Positions 38,599 to 48,293 of a stretch of 64,000 nucleotides of DNA are shown piece by piece. The translations under genes were made by a program, and so were the position numbers. The stretch's first letter is position 1, and every line of letters begins with the position of its first letter. Below the pieces are notes generated by a model. It saw only the letters and a list, made by a program, of their open reading frames with translations, was not told the origin of the DNA and did no database searches. The stretch comes from Candidatus Bathyarchaeia archaeon (GTDB lineage: Archaea; Thermoproteota; Bathyarchaeia; Bathyarchaeales; Bathycorpusculaceae). The DNA lies in the NCBI GenBank assembly GCA_050015395.1, contig JBEKBM010000001.1:32001-96000 (forward strand), given 5' to 3'.

Positions 38599-39519
38599 TT
38601 ATGAACCCTCATTAGCCTGAATTTGCTTGGCATAGTCGATAAAGCCTTGAACGCTGTTTCCAAGAGCGGTCTTAGAGTAAATTCGATGCGATTTTAAGTA
38701 ATCCGCCAGTTGATGCATAACCTTGTCCTCAGCAATTATTCTATCACGCACCTCCTCTAAACTTTGGTTTTTCCTGACGCCTTCTTCCGCGATTTTTGCC
38801 CATAATTGAAGCTGCACCTTGTAATCTTTCAGGCGTTGAACTCCATTTGAGACTTTTCCGAAATGGCTATAATACAAAACTGTCGGTTTAAGACTGATTA
38901 ATTTATCTAATGAAGCTAATGCCGCGCCGAAATGGAAGGGAGGCGGCGTAGTGGGCATTACCACGTCGAACTCTGGGAAATACGTGCCAGCAGCATCCCC
39001 TGGGAAAACTCCGCCGTTTAACGATTCGTGGAAGCTAAGGCTGTGTGAGGCGTGGCCAAGCGTTTCAATAACCGTCAGTTTTGCGCCATCATCCAAGTCA
39101 AAGGAGCCCTCAGTGACAGGAATTATTCGTTCTTTCGGAACAGGTTCAGGCTTACCGAAAATTTCGCTTACATACCCAAGAACCGCTTGAGCAGATGACC
39201 AAAGCCATTCAGGATTAATCAGATGCGGCATTCCCCTCGGGTGGACGATGACTTTTGCGTTAGGCAGAAACTTTAGCAATGTGCCGGCGCCGCCACCGTG
39301 ATCTAAATGAACATGCGTAATTGCAACGTATTCAACATCTTCAAATCTGATGTTGAGTTCTTTTAAGCCAGAAACAAGATTGGGTACTGAAGAAGTTGGA
39401 CCAGACTCCACAAGGATAGTTTTAGTGCATTTTATTATGTAGCTGCAAATGAGGTTTTTGAATCCTCCAGTTTCTAACTCGATTAGAAACAGGTTTTTCC
39501 CGATTTCTTTTGTGTGCAA
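38599..39519 (-). CDS. MBL-fold metallo-hydrolase
   Basis: THVHLDHGGG, GHASH, GDAAG, SHFG. Confidence 0.92.
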   Translation of the reverse strand: MHTKEIGKNLFLIELETGGFKNLICSYIIKCTKTILVESGPTSSVPNLVSGLKELNIRFEDVEYVAITHVHLDHGGGAGTLLKFLPNAKVIVHPRGMPHLINPEWLWSSAQAVLGYVSEIFGKPEPVPKERIIPVTEGSFDLDDGAKLTVIETLGHASHSLSFHESLNGGVFPGDAAGTYFPEFDVVMPTTPPPFHFGAALASLDKLISLKPTVLYYSHFGKVSNGVQRLKDYKVQLQLWAKIAEEGVRKNQSLEEVRDRIIAEDKVMHQLADYLKSHRIYSKTALGNSVQGFIDYAKQIQANEGS

Positions 39520-39651
39520 AGCTTCACCTTTGGTTAGGTTTGATAAGTGCTGTTATGCCATAAACGTTTCCTTGAAACGTAAGATGGGACGCGTAAAACT
39601 TAATTATCCATTACTATTCTATGGGAGAGGCTAAAAGGTGACAGAAGTAAA

Positions 39652-40305
39652 TTGAAAGCAATTATCTTCGGAGCGCCAGGCGCTGGAAAAGGCACTTATG
39701 CTTCAAGGCTACAAGCAAAACTTGGCGTTGAAGTCATAGCGACCGGCGATATTTTCCGTGAATTAATGAAGGAAGATTCCGAGTTAGGCAGGAAAGTTAG
39801 GGGTTATGTGGAAAAGGGGCTTCTTGTTCCAGACGAAGTTGTTGTAGAAGTACTAAAGCAACGCTTAAGCAAAATTCCGAAAGGAAAAGGCTTTATTTTG
39901 GATGGCTACCCAAGAACGCTTGAACAAGCCAAAATCTTAGATTCTATTACTAAAATTGACGTCATACTACTGCTGAATGTTCCTGACTGGATTATTATTG
40001 AACGCCTATCTTCACGCCGAATATGCCGTAACTGCGGAACCGTTTACAATATTCGATTCTTAAAACCAAAAGTTGAAGGCATCTGTGACAAATGCACAGG
40101 ACCCTTATACCAACGGTCAGATGACAACCCTGAAGTTATAAAGAAACGACTGCAGGTCTATCAGGAACAGACAAGGCCGCTCTTAGAATACTTTAAGGAG
40201 AAAAAAGTGCCATTCGCCACTTCAAGCACTACAAGCCTTGACCAACCGCCAGAACCAATAGTTGACAAGATAGTGGCAGAAATAAAGAAACTAAAGCTAG
40301 CCTAA
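39652..40305 (+). CDS. adk: Adenylate kinase (bacterial-type, Zn LID)
   Basis: GAPGAGKGT, LDGYPR, CRNC...CDKC, QRSDD. Confidence 0.95.
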   Translation: MKAIIFGAPGAGKGTYASRLQAKLGVEVIATGDIFRELMKEDSELGRKVRGYVEKGLLVPDEVVVEVLKQRLSKIPKGKGFILDGYPRTLEQAKILDSITKIDVILLLNVPDWIIIERLSSRRICRNCGTVYNIRFLKPKVEGICDKCTGPLYQRSDDNPEVIKKRLQVYQEQTRPLLEYFKEKKVPFATSSTTSLDQPPEPIVDKIVAEIKKLKLA

Positions 40306-40751
40306 ATATCCAAAATGAACTCTAACACCACTCGATCTCTTTCTCTTATTATTACCATTCTATGGTAAGTTACCGCTTTAACAGCGACCCTCTGCGGATG
40401 CTTTTGAGGGTCAAATTTTTCGCCCCAAATTTTCGCTTTGAATTTGAAGTTTTCATCTGTTTCTTCCCAGTTTGTTATCTGGAATTTTGAGTAAAGCATA
40501 TTTTCCGTTTCAAGTTTTACAAGCAACGCTTCAAGCCAATTATAAAGCAGCGCGTATTGGTCTTCAGCTTCAACCTCTAATGTTTCTTCTTGCATCTGGG
40601 TGATTTTATCCGTGTCTGTCATAACTTCAAACATTGCAAGCGCGGCGTTTTCGTAGGCTTCCTCCATTGTTCTGCCATGCGCCCGAATGTAAACGTCAGC
40701 AGTATGTTCTAAAAACTCGAATTTTCCAGCAAATTTCTCCGCCGTGCTCAT
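40302..40751 (-). CDS. Archease
   Basis: EHTAD, VKAVTYH, C-terminal LDI. Confidence 0.95.
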   Translation of the reverse strand: MSTAEKFAGKFEFLEHTADVYIRAHGRTMEEAYENAALAMFEVMTDTDKITQMQEETLEVEAEDQYALLYNWLEALLVKLETENMLYSKFQITNWEETDENFKFKAKIWGEKFDPQKHPQRVAVKAVTYHRMVIIRERDRVVLEFILDI

Positions 40752-40829
40752 AAGTTAAGCCACAATAGGATAAGAAGAATGTTTGTTTAAAAATGCTTTC
40801 GCTCATGCAGCATACCGCAAGGAGAAAGT

Positions 40830-41873
40830 TTAGAAGTATTTTGAAATTCTTTGTATTGCAGCAACAGTAAGTTTGGCCGAGTTCTCTATGTCTTTTAAGC
40901 ATAGCATGCCTACTGGGCTGTGAATGTACCGTGTTGGTATGGATATGTTGCCGCTTGGAATGCCCTGCCTGGTTATGGAAATCCGTGCAGCATCAGTTGA
41001 GCCGAGTAACCCTGTTTCAAGCTGGAAGGGAATTTTCTCTTCTTCCGCCGTGTCCAAAAGCCACCGCAAAACCTTCGGGTGAGTAATCAAGCCAGAATCG
41101 GAAATTGTGAGCGCTGGACCTCCACCCATCTTGACGGTTGTGTCAAATTCTCTTACGCCAGGAACGTCGCCCGCTATTGTTACGTCGAGTGCTATTGCTA
41201 AATCGGGGTCAACACCGAAAGCCGCTGTTGCTGCACCTCGTAAGCCTACTTCTTCCTGAACAGTGCCCACGGCACAAACTGTGCAATCAGTTTTTTCCAT
41301 TAATCTAAGAGCTTCAACCATTGTGACACAGCCAGCTCGGTTATCAAAAGCTTTGCCAATAACAACATCCCTGCCTAACGGAACATATTTTATGTCAAAG
41401 CCTACTGAATCGCCAACTGCAACGCCTAATGCCATAACGTCTTCCTTGCTTTCGGCTCCAATATCGATGAAAAGCTCATCGAAAGCTGTGACTTTTTTTC
41501 GCTCCTCTTCTTTCTGGATGTGAGGTGGTTTTGAACCGATTATTCCAGGGAAGGTACCTTTTCTTGAGAAAACTGTGACTTTTTGCGCGGGTAAGATGCG
41601 GTCGTCTATTCCGCCCATTTTAGTGAACTGCAAAAAGCCGTCTTTAGTGATAATTTTTACCATTAAGCCGACTTCATCCATATGAGCGGCAAGCATGATT
41701 TTAGGAGCATTCGATTTTCCTTTTTTGATGGCTATTACGTTTTCAAGTTTATCAACAACTATTTCGTCTGCGTAGGGCTTCATGAGTTGAATCATTAATT
41801 CTCTGACTTCGTTTTCTCTGCCTGTTACTCCGCAGGCGTTTGAGAGTTGTTCTAGAGTTTCGTTTAGCGTCAT
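40830..41873 (-). CDS. M42 (TET) aminopeptidase
   Basis: AHMDEVG, KAFDNRAG, QEEVGLRGA, RYIHS. Confidence 0.95.
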   Translation of the reverse strand: MTLNETLEQLSNACGVTGRENEVRELMIQLMKPYADEIVVDKLENVIAIKKGKSNAPKIMLAAHMDEVGLMVKIITKDGFLQFTKMGGIDDRILPAQKVTVFSRKGTFPGIIGSKPPHIQKEEERKKVTAFDELFIDIGAESKEDVMALGVAVGDSVGFDIKYVPLGRDVVIGKAFDNRAGCVTMVEALRLMEKTDCTVCAVGTVQEEVGLRGAATAAFGVDPDLAIALDVTIAGDVPGVREFDTTVKMGGGPALTISDSGLITHPKVLRWLLDTAEEEKIPFQLETGLLGSTDAARISITRQGIPSGNISIPTRYIHSPVGMLCLKDIENSAKLTVAAIQRISKYF

Positions 41874-41982
41874 TACCTTGCCTTCTTTAAGGTTGTTAAC
41901 TAAGACTAAGTTATTAAATAATTGTGGTCATTTAAACTGTTTTAGGCTTTGCAATGTACAATTTAGCTCGATGGATAAAAAA

Positions 41983-42117
41983 TTAAAAAAAGATTTGTTT
42001 ATTTACTGTCGGCGATGCTTCTTGTTGTTTCTTAACTTCCATGTAATCGGTCAGCAACAGTATGCCTTGTATTATTAAGAAAATGCCCCCTGCGATGGCC
42101 AGAACCTCTTCAAACAC
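41983..42117 (-). CDS. 44-aa single-TM microprotein
   Basis: Manual translation MFEEVLAIAGGIFLIIQGILLLTDYMEVKKQQEASPTVNKQIFF*. Confidence 0.4.
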   Translation of the reverse strand: MFEEVLAIAGGIFLIIQGILLLTDYMEVKKQQEASPTVNKQIFF

Positions 42118-42327
42118 TATCACTATCACACCGAAGATAACACAACGCAAATAGCTGCTAAAACTTGTTTGGAAACGGTTATACCTATTTTTTTCAAGCT
42201 TTTTTCAACAACATCCGTCAAATATTATTTCTCATATTAGAATTCTCTTAAAAATCACACTTTTAAAATCATTTGAAACGGTAATCTTAAAAATCCAACC
42301 GCATTATTAGCTATAGAGTGAACAAAA

Positions 42328-43206
42328 TTGGAACAGCAACAATTCAAAAAAATCGGAATTTTTAAGTGCGGCAACATTGGGACATCACCAAATCTTGAAC
42401 TTCTCCTCGATGAATTGGCTGACCGAAAAGACATCAAAGTTCGAACAGTCACTACAGGATCAAAAATGAACCTCGAAGACGTTGAAGAAGCATTCCCCAA
42501 AATCTTAGAATTCAACCCAGATATTTTGGTCATGATATCGCCTAATACGGCCTTGCCGGGACCGGCGAAGGCTAGAGAGCAGATTTCAAAAAGCGGTCGG
42601 CCGGGCATTGTGATCTCCGATTTTCCAGCAAAACGGGCAAAAGCAGAAATGGAAAGTCAAGGATTAGGCTACATAATCATCACCGGTGACCCTCTAATCG
42701 GAGCCAGAAAAGAATTCTTGGATCCCATTGAGATGGCGATATTCAACTCAAACGTCAACAAAATACTTGCGATCACTGGCGTTTACAGGATAGTTCAACA
42801 AGAAATTGATAAAGTGATTTATTCGCTTGAAACTGGCCAGACTCCAACTCTACCCAGATTGGTAATAGACATGAATGCCATACGAGACAATTCAACTTTC
42901 AACAATCCGTATGCAAAAGCGAAAGCAATGGCTGCCTATGGCATGGCGGAGAAAATTGCAGAGGTAGACACTCAAGCATGCTTCATGGAGAAAGAGAGTG
43001 AAAAGTACATTCCCCTAGTCGCCTGTGCGCATGAGATAGCTCAAGCATCTGCGAGATTAGCTGAAGAAGCTCGTGAAATTGAGAAATACAATGACACTTT
43101 GCTTAGGAAACCTCACGCGAAAGACGGCAGGCAGAAGGTCAAGACCAGACTGATGCTCGCGCCGACTTTTCCCGAAGAATTCTATGAAAAAAGCGGTTTA
43201 CAGTAG
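42328..43206 (+). CDS. mtd: F420-dependent methylene-H4MPT dehydrogenase
   Basis: KCGNIGTS...LLLDELADRKDI, GSKM, ISPN...PGP, IGARKEFLDPIEMAIFN, NPYAKAKA, RKPH. Confidence 0.93.
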   Translation: MEQQQFKKIGIFKCGNIGTSPNLELLLDELADRKDIKVRTVTTGSKMNLEDVEEAFPKILEFNPDILVMISPNTALPGPAKAREQISKSGRPGIVISDFPAKRAKAEMESQGLGYIIITGDPLIGARKEFLDPIEMAIFNSNVNKILAITGVYRIVQQEIDKVIYSLETGQTPTLPRLVIDMNAIRDNSTFNNPYAKAKAMAAYGMAEKIAEVDTQACFMEKESEKYIPLVACAHEIAQASARLAEEAREIEKYNDTLLRKPHAKDGRQKVKTRLMLAPTFPEEFYEKSGLQ

Positions 43207-43210
43207 TCAA

Positions 43211-43240
43211 ACTGTATATACTGTATATACCCATATATAA
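43211..43240. promoter_or_regulatory. Tandem 9-bp repeats ACTGTATAT-ACTGTATAT-ACCCATATA upstream of the MtdB-like gene
   Basis: Direct repeat visible; related ACTGTATGTA upstream of the PhoU gene (46106-46115, minus strand). Confidence 0.45.
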
Positions 43241-43309
43241 CGTATTTCGACTAAGTATATATTTTTCACTGCTATTCATGTATGACCAATAATAAAGAGG
43301 CAAAAAAAT

Positions 43310-45037
43310 ATGAAAGTACTTGAAGTAAAACCGTTGGAAAACAAGAACTTAACTGTAATGATACAGGAAAAAGAATACAATGAGCCTTTTCAGCTTTTCG
43401 AAAAATCATCATCCGCAAAACTAAATGTTCTCCAAGCGCTCCTAAAACCATCAATCGGCTTCTACAAATTTGTCGAGAATGTGGTTGCCAAAGTAAATAT
43501 AGACTTCGTCACGGAAGAGCTAGGCAATCGATCTCAAAAAGAATTCTTCGAAGATAACATCTTAGCCGACGTGTTCCAAAAAAGCAGCATTCCTTTCTTC
43601 CCCGTTGACATTGACAGCGACGCCAAAACCTATCTTGAATCTGCTTTTGACAAAAAAACAGCATTGAGAGACAACATAATCAAGAACATAGAAAACCTAA
43701 ACAAACAAAAAAGCAGCGATTCCACAGAGAGAGACTACCTCGTTGCATACGGACAGAGTTTACAATCCGAAATAGAGGAACAAGAACACGAAGTCAATTT
43801 CTCAATAAGAGAAAGCTGGATCGTCATGGATATCATGGAGCACGCAAGAGAAATCAAGAACAAAGACGAGATAACATGCCTGCACATTTGCAGCCCCGAA
43901 CACGTGACAGGAATTAAGCAACTGCTAGAATCGGTCAACGCCAACGTCGAAATCGCGAAACTCTCCAAAAAGATAATCTCAACTCAGGTTGAAACTCCCT
44001 CTTCACAGGAAATAGAAAACTGGCTCCAATCAATGCAGATCCAGGTTAAGCCCGTTATCGGAAAAGCAGTTGAAAACGCACCTTACCTGCTGTTCTACCT
44101 CGACACCGACGTTAAAGCAAGCCCATTTGACATCTGCATGGCCTACGATGCCGGATACAACGCTGTCATTCCTTACGAGAACATCATTCCAGAAGACGCC
44201 AAAACGATAGTGCTAGATGCTTTACTCTCCAGAGGACCAAAGGCCGTTAAGCACACGGTCTTTCTGATCGGAGGGAAAAACGCTGAAAGAGCCGAACAAG
44301 TCTTTGAAGCTGCGAAAGATTCGATGTTTCCCCCATTCAAAACAAGTATAATCGTGGACCCTGCTGGTGCATATACAACTGCCGCTGCAATGGTTGCAAA
44401 AGCTGAAAATGCACTCGAGGCAAGCAAGCTCGGCGAATTGAAAACCAAAACTGTCGCTATCCTCGGCACAGGTGCTGTAGGACAAATAGCTGCGGTTCTC
44501 TTGGCTAAAATAGGATGCAATGTAATGATTGCCAGCCTTAATCCGAAACGCGTTGACGGAAAAGAACACGCTGAGGGCATAGCTAAACTTCTAGCCAAGG
44601 ATCACGGCGTTCAAGTCGAAGGCATCTTCGCTCCAACCCCAGCTTCGAAAATTGAAATCATAAAGAAAGCCGATGTAGTGATGTGCGCAGGAGTAAGAGG
44701 CGTTCGCATCATAGACAAAGAAATGCTGAATGAAGTCAAAACCATGAAGGTCCTAATTGACATAAACGCAGTACCACCATTCGGAGTCGAAGGAATAGAA
44801 TTAAAAGATGACATGCGAGAAATGCTGCCTGGAATCTTCACAATCGGAGCACTCACAGTTGGAGATCTAAAACACAAACTTGAAAAAGAGATTCTACGCG
44901 ACGCACGATCCAACGGAAAAGAAGTATACAACTACAACGGTGATCTGCCACTTGCACGAAAACTGTTGCAGAAAGAGCTATTCCCCACCAAGTTGACGCT
45001 GACTTTGAGCTATCCCCCTTCAAAAAATCCTAAGTAG
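43310..45037 (+). CDS. NAD(P)-dependent methylene-H4MPT dehydrogenase (MtdA/B/C family) with ~250-aa extra N-terminal domain
   Basis: SPFDICMAYDAGY, SRGPK, FLIGG, MFPPF...DPAGAYTTAAA, GTGAVG, DINAVPPFG, GALTVG. Confidence 0.88.
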   Translation: MKVLEVKPLENKNLTVMIQEKEYNEPFQLFEKSSSAKLNVLQALLKPSIGFYKFVENVVAKVNIDFVTEELGNRSQKEFFEDNILADVFQKSSIPFFPVDIDSDAKTYLESAFDKKTALRDNIIKNIENLNKQKSSDSTERDYLVAYGQSLQSEIEEQEHEVNFSIRESWIVMDIMEHAREIKNKDEITCLHICSPEHVTGIKQLLESVNANVEIAKLSKKIISTQVETPSSQEIENWLQSMQIQVKPVIGKAVENAPYLLFYLDTDVKASPFDICMAYDAGYNAVIPYENIIPEDAKTIVLDALLSRGPKAVKHTVFLIGGKNAERAEQVFEAAKDSMFPPFKTSIIVDPAGAYTTAAAMVAKAENALEASKLGELKTKTVAILGTGAVGQIAAVLLAKIGCNVMIASLNPKRVDGKEHAEGIAKLLAKDHGVQVEGIFAPTPASKIEIIKKADVVMCAGVRGVRIIDKEMLNEVKTMKVLIDINAVPPFGVEGIELKDDMREMLPGIFTIGALTVGDLKHKLEKEILRDARSNGKEVYNYNGDLPLARKLLQKELFPTKLTLTLSYPPSKNPK

Positions 45038-46058
45038 ATACACTAAACGCGCGATTTATCGCGATCTTAGCTATGTTTGCGGCACAGTCCGCAATTCTTT
45101 TTATGTCATCTCTGACGGAGCAGATTGCACAAACCAATTGCTCATTTTTTTGTTTTTCTGCGAAGGCTTTAGCGGCTATTTCCTGATCCAACGTCGCTAT
45201 TTCTTCTCGTTGCCTAAGTATCTCAACTGATTTCGAGACATCCTTCGAAAAGAAAGTGTCCACCGCCTTTACGTATAAATTCACAGCTTCATTTCCTGCA
45301 ATGAACATTAGCTCCAATACGTTCTCCGGAATTTTCAGTTGACTCCCGTCTAGCATTATTACGTGCCGCGCTACGTCCGCTGAATTGTCTGCCACGTCCC
45401 GAATCATGTAAACCAGAGTCTGATAATCCATACATTCCAACGGGTCGATACGAAACTCATTCGCCAAAACGGAGTCTTGTGCAGCATTGCGGAGCACTCG
45501 GATAAGGAAATAGGCGAAATGGTACACATCATCGTCAAGAGAGAAAACAGCTTTTGCCAATGCTATGTCTTTGTTTTTCAGCGATTTAATCGCATCCTCC
45601 CCCATTGACTGAGAGATCAGATGCATCCTCTGTACAGTTTGCTTTAGATCCGCCTTAGTTTCGTCCATTAAGGTTTGAACGAAAACACCCCTAGAGCTAG
45701 CCTCCATAATTCTCATGTATAACATTCCCGCGGTCTTGCGGATTGCCTTTATCTGCGGGACGGAAAAAACTTTTTCTGAGATAAGGGTGATTCCGCTGTA
45801 TCCGTTTAAGTAGCACCCCACTATCTTCATCGTAATCAGCAGCTCGTCTTCATTCGGGTCAATGCGAAGCGTTGTCTCTTTTGTCTCTGTCTTTTTCTTC
45901 GCGCCAGGATAAATAACCAAAGAGCGGTCGCGTTGAATGGCAAATGAGACAACATCGCCTTTCTTCAATTCGTTTAGCTGCATCCAATTTTTGGGAAGAG
46001 AAATTACCAAAGAAGATCTGCCAAGCGACATAACCCTTCGTTCCATACTGTCCCTCAA
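45030..46058 (-). CDS. AbrB-PhoU regulator (phosphate uptake regulator family)
   Basis: RRVMSLGRSSLVISLPKNW; LDDDV; DIKRIAD...NIA. Confidence 0.88.
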   Translation of the reverse strand: MRDSMERRVMSLGRSSLVISLPKNWMQLNELKKGDVVSFAIQRDRSLVIYPGAKKKTETKETTLRIDPNEDELLITMKIVGCYLNGYSGITLISEKVFSVPQIKAIRKTAGMLYMRIMEASSRGVFVQTLMDETKADLKQTVQRMHLISQSMGEDAIKSLKNKDIALAKAVFSLDDDVYHFAYFLIRVLRNAAQDSVLANEFRIDPLECMDYQTLVYMIRDVADNSADVARHVIMLDGSQLKIPENVLELMFIAGNEAVNLYVKAVDTFFSKDVSKSVEILRQREEIATLDQEIAAKAFAEKQKNEQLVCAICSVRDDIKRIADCAANIAKIAINRAFSVST

Positions 46059-46284
46059 CCTACATATGTACGCGCCTTAATTTATATAAACTAAGCACAT
46101 TTGAATACATACAGTATTAACCCTGGCTAACCGAGACCGTGTGAAAACTCGGGTCGATTTCAGAAAATTGCTTGTTTTATATGCAAAAAGCTGGGCCTAG
46201 ACGTGTTCTATACATATAAAGCGAAATTCTTGAAAAAATTTGACTTTTCACACAATCTCAACAAGCTGGCGCGCGTTTCAAGAG

Positions 46285-47448
46285 CTACTTGAAAACGCTT
46301 TCAATCCTGTCACAAGCTTCCTCTATCTTTTCCTTCGGTTGAGTCAGGGTAAATCGAACATGATTTTCTCCGCATTCACCAAAACCAACCCCTGGCGTAA
46401 CCACCACCCCAACATTCAGCAGTCTGGTCGTGAACTCCATCGAATCGGAGTTGCAGTTTAGCCAAAGGTAGAAGGTGGCTTTTGGTTTGTCGCATTTGAA
46501 GCCTAATGAGCACAATCTTTCAATGAGCACGTCCCGCCTCTCTCGGTAAACTTGGTTGTTTTTTTTCAAGAAATCCGGCGGTTCATTGTTCTTGTAGCTT
46601 TGAAGGGCCTTGACCGCTACTTTTTGAATGTAAACTGGCGGTCCGGAATCGATTTGTGACTTGACCTTGGTTAATCCAGTGACGAGTTGCTTGTTTCCAA
46701 CGGCGAAGGCAATGCGGTCGCCTGTCATGTTGAAAGTTTTTGATAGCGAGTGAAACTCGATGGCGACGTCCATGGCACCATCAACCTCCAGAATGCTGGG
46801 TGCGCGGTAGCCGTCGTAGGTGACTTCTGAATAGGCGTTGTCATAGCAAAGGATGATGTTGTTGTCTTTAGCGAAGTCGACTGCTTCTTTGAGGAATCCT
46901 TTGTCAACGGTGGCTGCCGTTGGGTTGTTGGGGTAATTGAGAAACATCATCTTCGCATTCTTGGCGTCTACCGCTTCAAAATCTGGCGTGAAGCCGTTTT
47001 CCTCAAGCAACGGTAACGGCACCGCTGTGCCATCGCAGAGGATTGTGCCACCGTTAGCGTACACTGGGTAAGCAGGGTCAGGAACTAACACTCGGTCGCC
47101 TGGGTTTATGAATGCTCGAGCAATGTTTGCTATGCCTTCCTTGGAGCCTAAAAGCGCAACCACTTGGTCTTGCTGCAGGTCAACGTTGAATCGTTTCTTG
47201 TACCAGCCTGAAACTGCGTCTCGGAAGTCGGGTTCACCCTGGCTGAAAGAGTAATTGTGATTCTTCGGGTTCGCGACTTCTTCCTTGAGCGCTTCAATGA
47301 CAAATCTTGGGGGCGGAAGGTCTGGATCACCTATGCTCAGTGAAATTAAATCTATGCCTTGCGATTTTTTTTCCTTAATAATTTTCTCAATTTCAGCAAA
47401 CAGATAAGGTGGTAACCGTTTTATTCTCTCGGCATTTTCAAACGTCAT
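46285..47448 (-). CDS. dapL: LL-diaminopimelate aminotransferase
   Basis: LPPYLFA, NYPNNPT, DNAY, SLSKTFNMTG.R; last gene of dap operon. Confidence 0.85.
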   Translation of the reverse strand: MTFENAERIKRLPPYLFAEIEKIIKEKKSQGIDLISLSIGDPDLPPPRFVIEALKEEVANPKNHNYSFSQGEPDFRDAVSGWYKKRFNVDLQQDQVVALLGSKEGIANIARAFINPGDRVLVPDPAYPVYANGGTILCDGTAVPLPLLEENGFTPDFEAVDAKNAKMMFLNYPNNPTAATVDKGFLKEAVDFAKDNNIILCYDNAYSEVTYDGYRAPSILEVDGAMDVAIEFHSLSKTFNMTGDRIAFAVGNKQLVTGLTKVKSQIDSGPPVYIQKVAVKALQSYKNNEPPDFLKKNNQVYRERRDVLIERLCSLGFKCDKPKATFYLWLNCNSDSMEFTTRLLNVGVVVTPGVGFGECGENHVRFTLTQPKEKIEEACDRIESVFK

Positions 47449-47450
47449 GT

Positions 47451-48293
47451 TTATACCTCTTTGAATAGCGTTCCCTCAAAAACTTTTTCAGCTGCACCGC
47501 TCAAAAACAAGCTTTTAGCCACTTCAACCTGCAAATCACCACCCAGCACGTGAACAGTAACTTTGTTTCCAACTTTTCCAAGCTTGTTTGCAGCAGCCAC
47601 AGCAGCGCAGCTTCCTGTACCGCACGCTAAGGTTTCTCCGCAGCCCCTTTCCCAAACACGGACTTTCAACTCGCAGGGGTTTAGGACTTGAACGAAGCCG
47701 ACGTTGGTTCTTTTCGGAAAAGCCTTATGATTCTCCACTTTTGGACCGATTTGCTCTACTGGAAAATCGTCTGCTTTGTCAACGAATATTATGCAGTGCG
47801 GATTGCCCATTGAAAGGCATGTTACCTTGAAGACTTTGCCGTCAACCTCTAAGTTCTCGTTGATGCATGTGCCTTGTCCGACCATGGGAAGGGAGCTTCT
47901 TTCCCAGTTTGGCGAGCCCATGTCCACCTTGACAGCGCTAACTTCTTTGCCCTTGAAGGTTAACCAGACAAGCTTTAAGCCTGAAAGTGTTTCAACTGCG
48001 AACTCTTGCTTGGGAACGATTTTGTTTTCGTAGCAGTACTTGGCAAAGCACCGTATGCCATTGCCGCACATTTCTGCTTCGCTACCGTCAGCGTTGAAAA
48101 TCCGCATCTTAACATCAGCCGCTTTAGAGTTAGAAACCAGTAAGAGCCCGTCTGCTCCAACAGAAAGGCGCCGCTCACAAAGCCTCTTAGCTAATTCTGC
48201 AGCTTGCTTACCGCTAATTTTCTCTTCTCTGTTGTCGATCACTATGTAGTCGTTGCCTAAACCATGCATCTTCCAGAAACGCATCAAGGACAC
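47451..48293 (-). CDS. dapF: Diaminopimelate epimerase
   Basis: KMHGLGNDY, EMCGNG, GNPH, ERG.GETLACGTG. Confidence 0.97.
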   Translation of the reverse strand: MSLMRFWKMHGLGNDYIVIDNREEKISGKQAAELAKRLCERRLSVGADGLLLVSNSKAADVKMRIFNADGSEAEMCGNGIRCFAKYCYENKIVPKQEFAVETLSGLKLVWLTFKGKEVSAVKVDMGSPNWERSSLPMVGQGTCINENLEVDGKVFKVTCLSMGNPHCIIFVDKADDFPVEQIGPKVENHKAFPKRTNVGFVQVLNPCELKVRVWERGCGETLACGTGSCAAVAAANKLGKVGNKVTVHVLGGDLQVEVAKSLFLSGAAEKVFEGTLFKEV

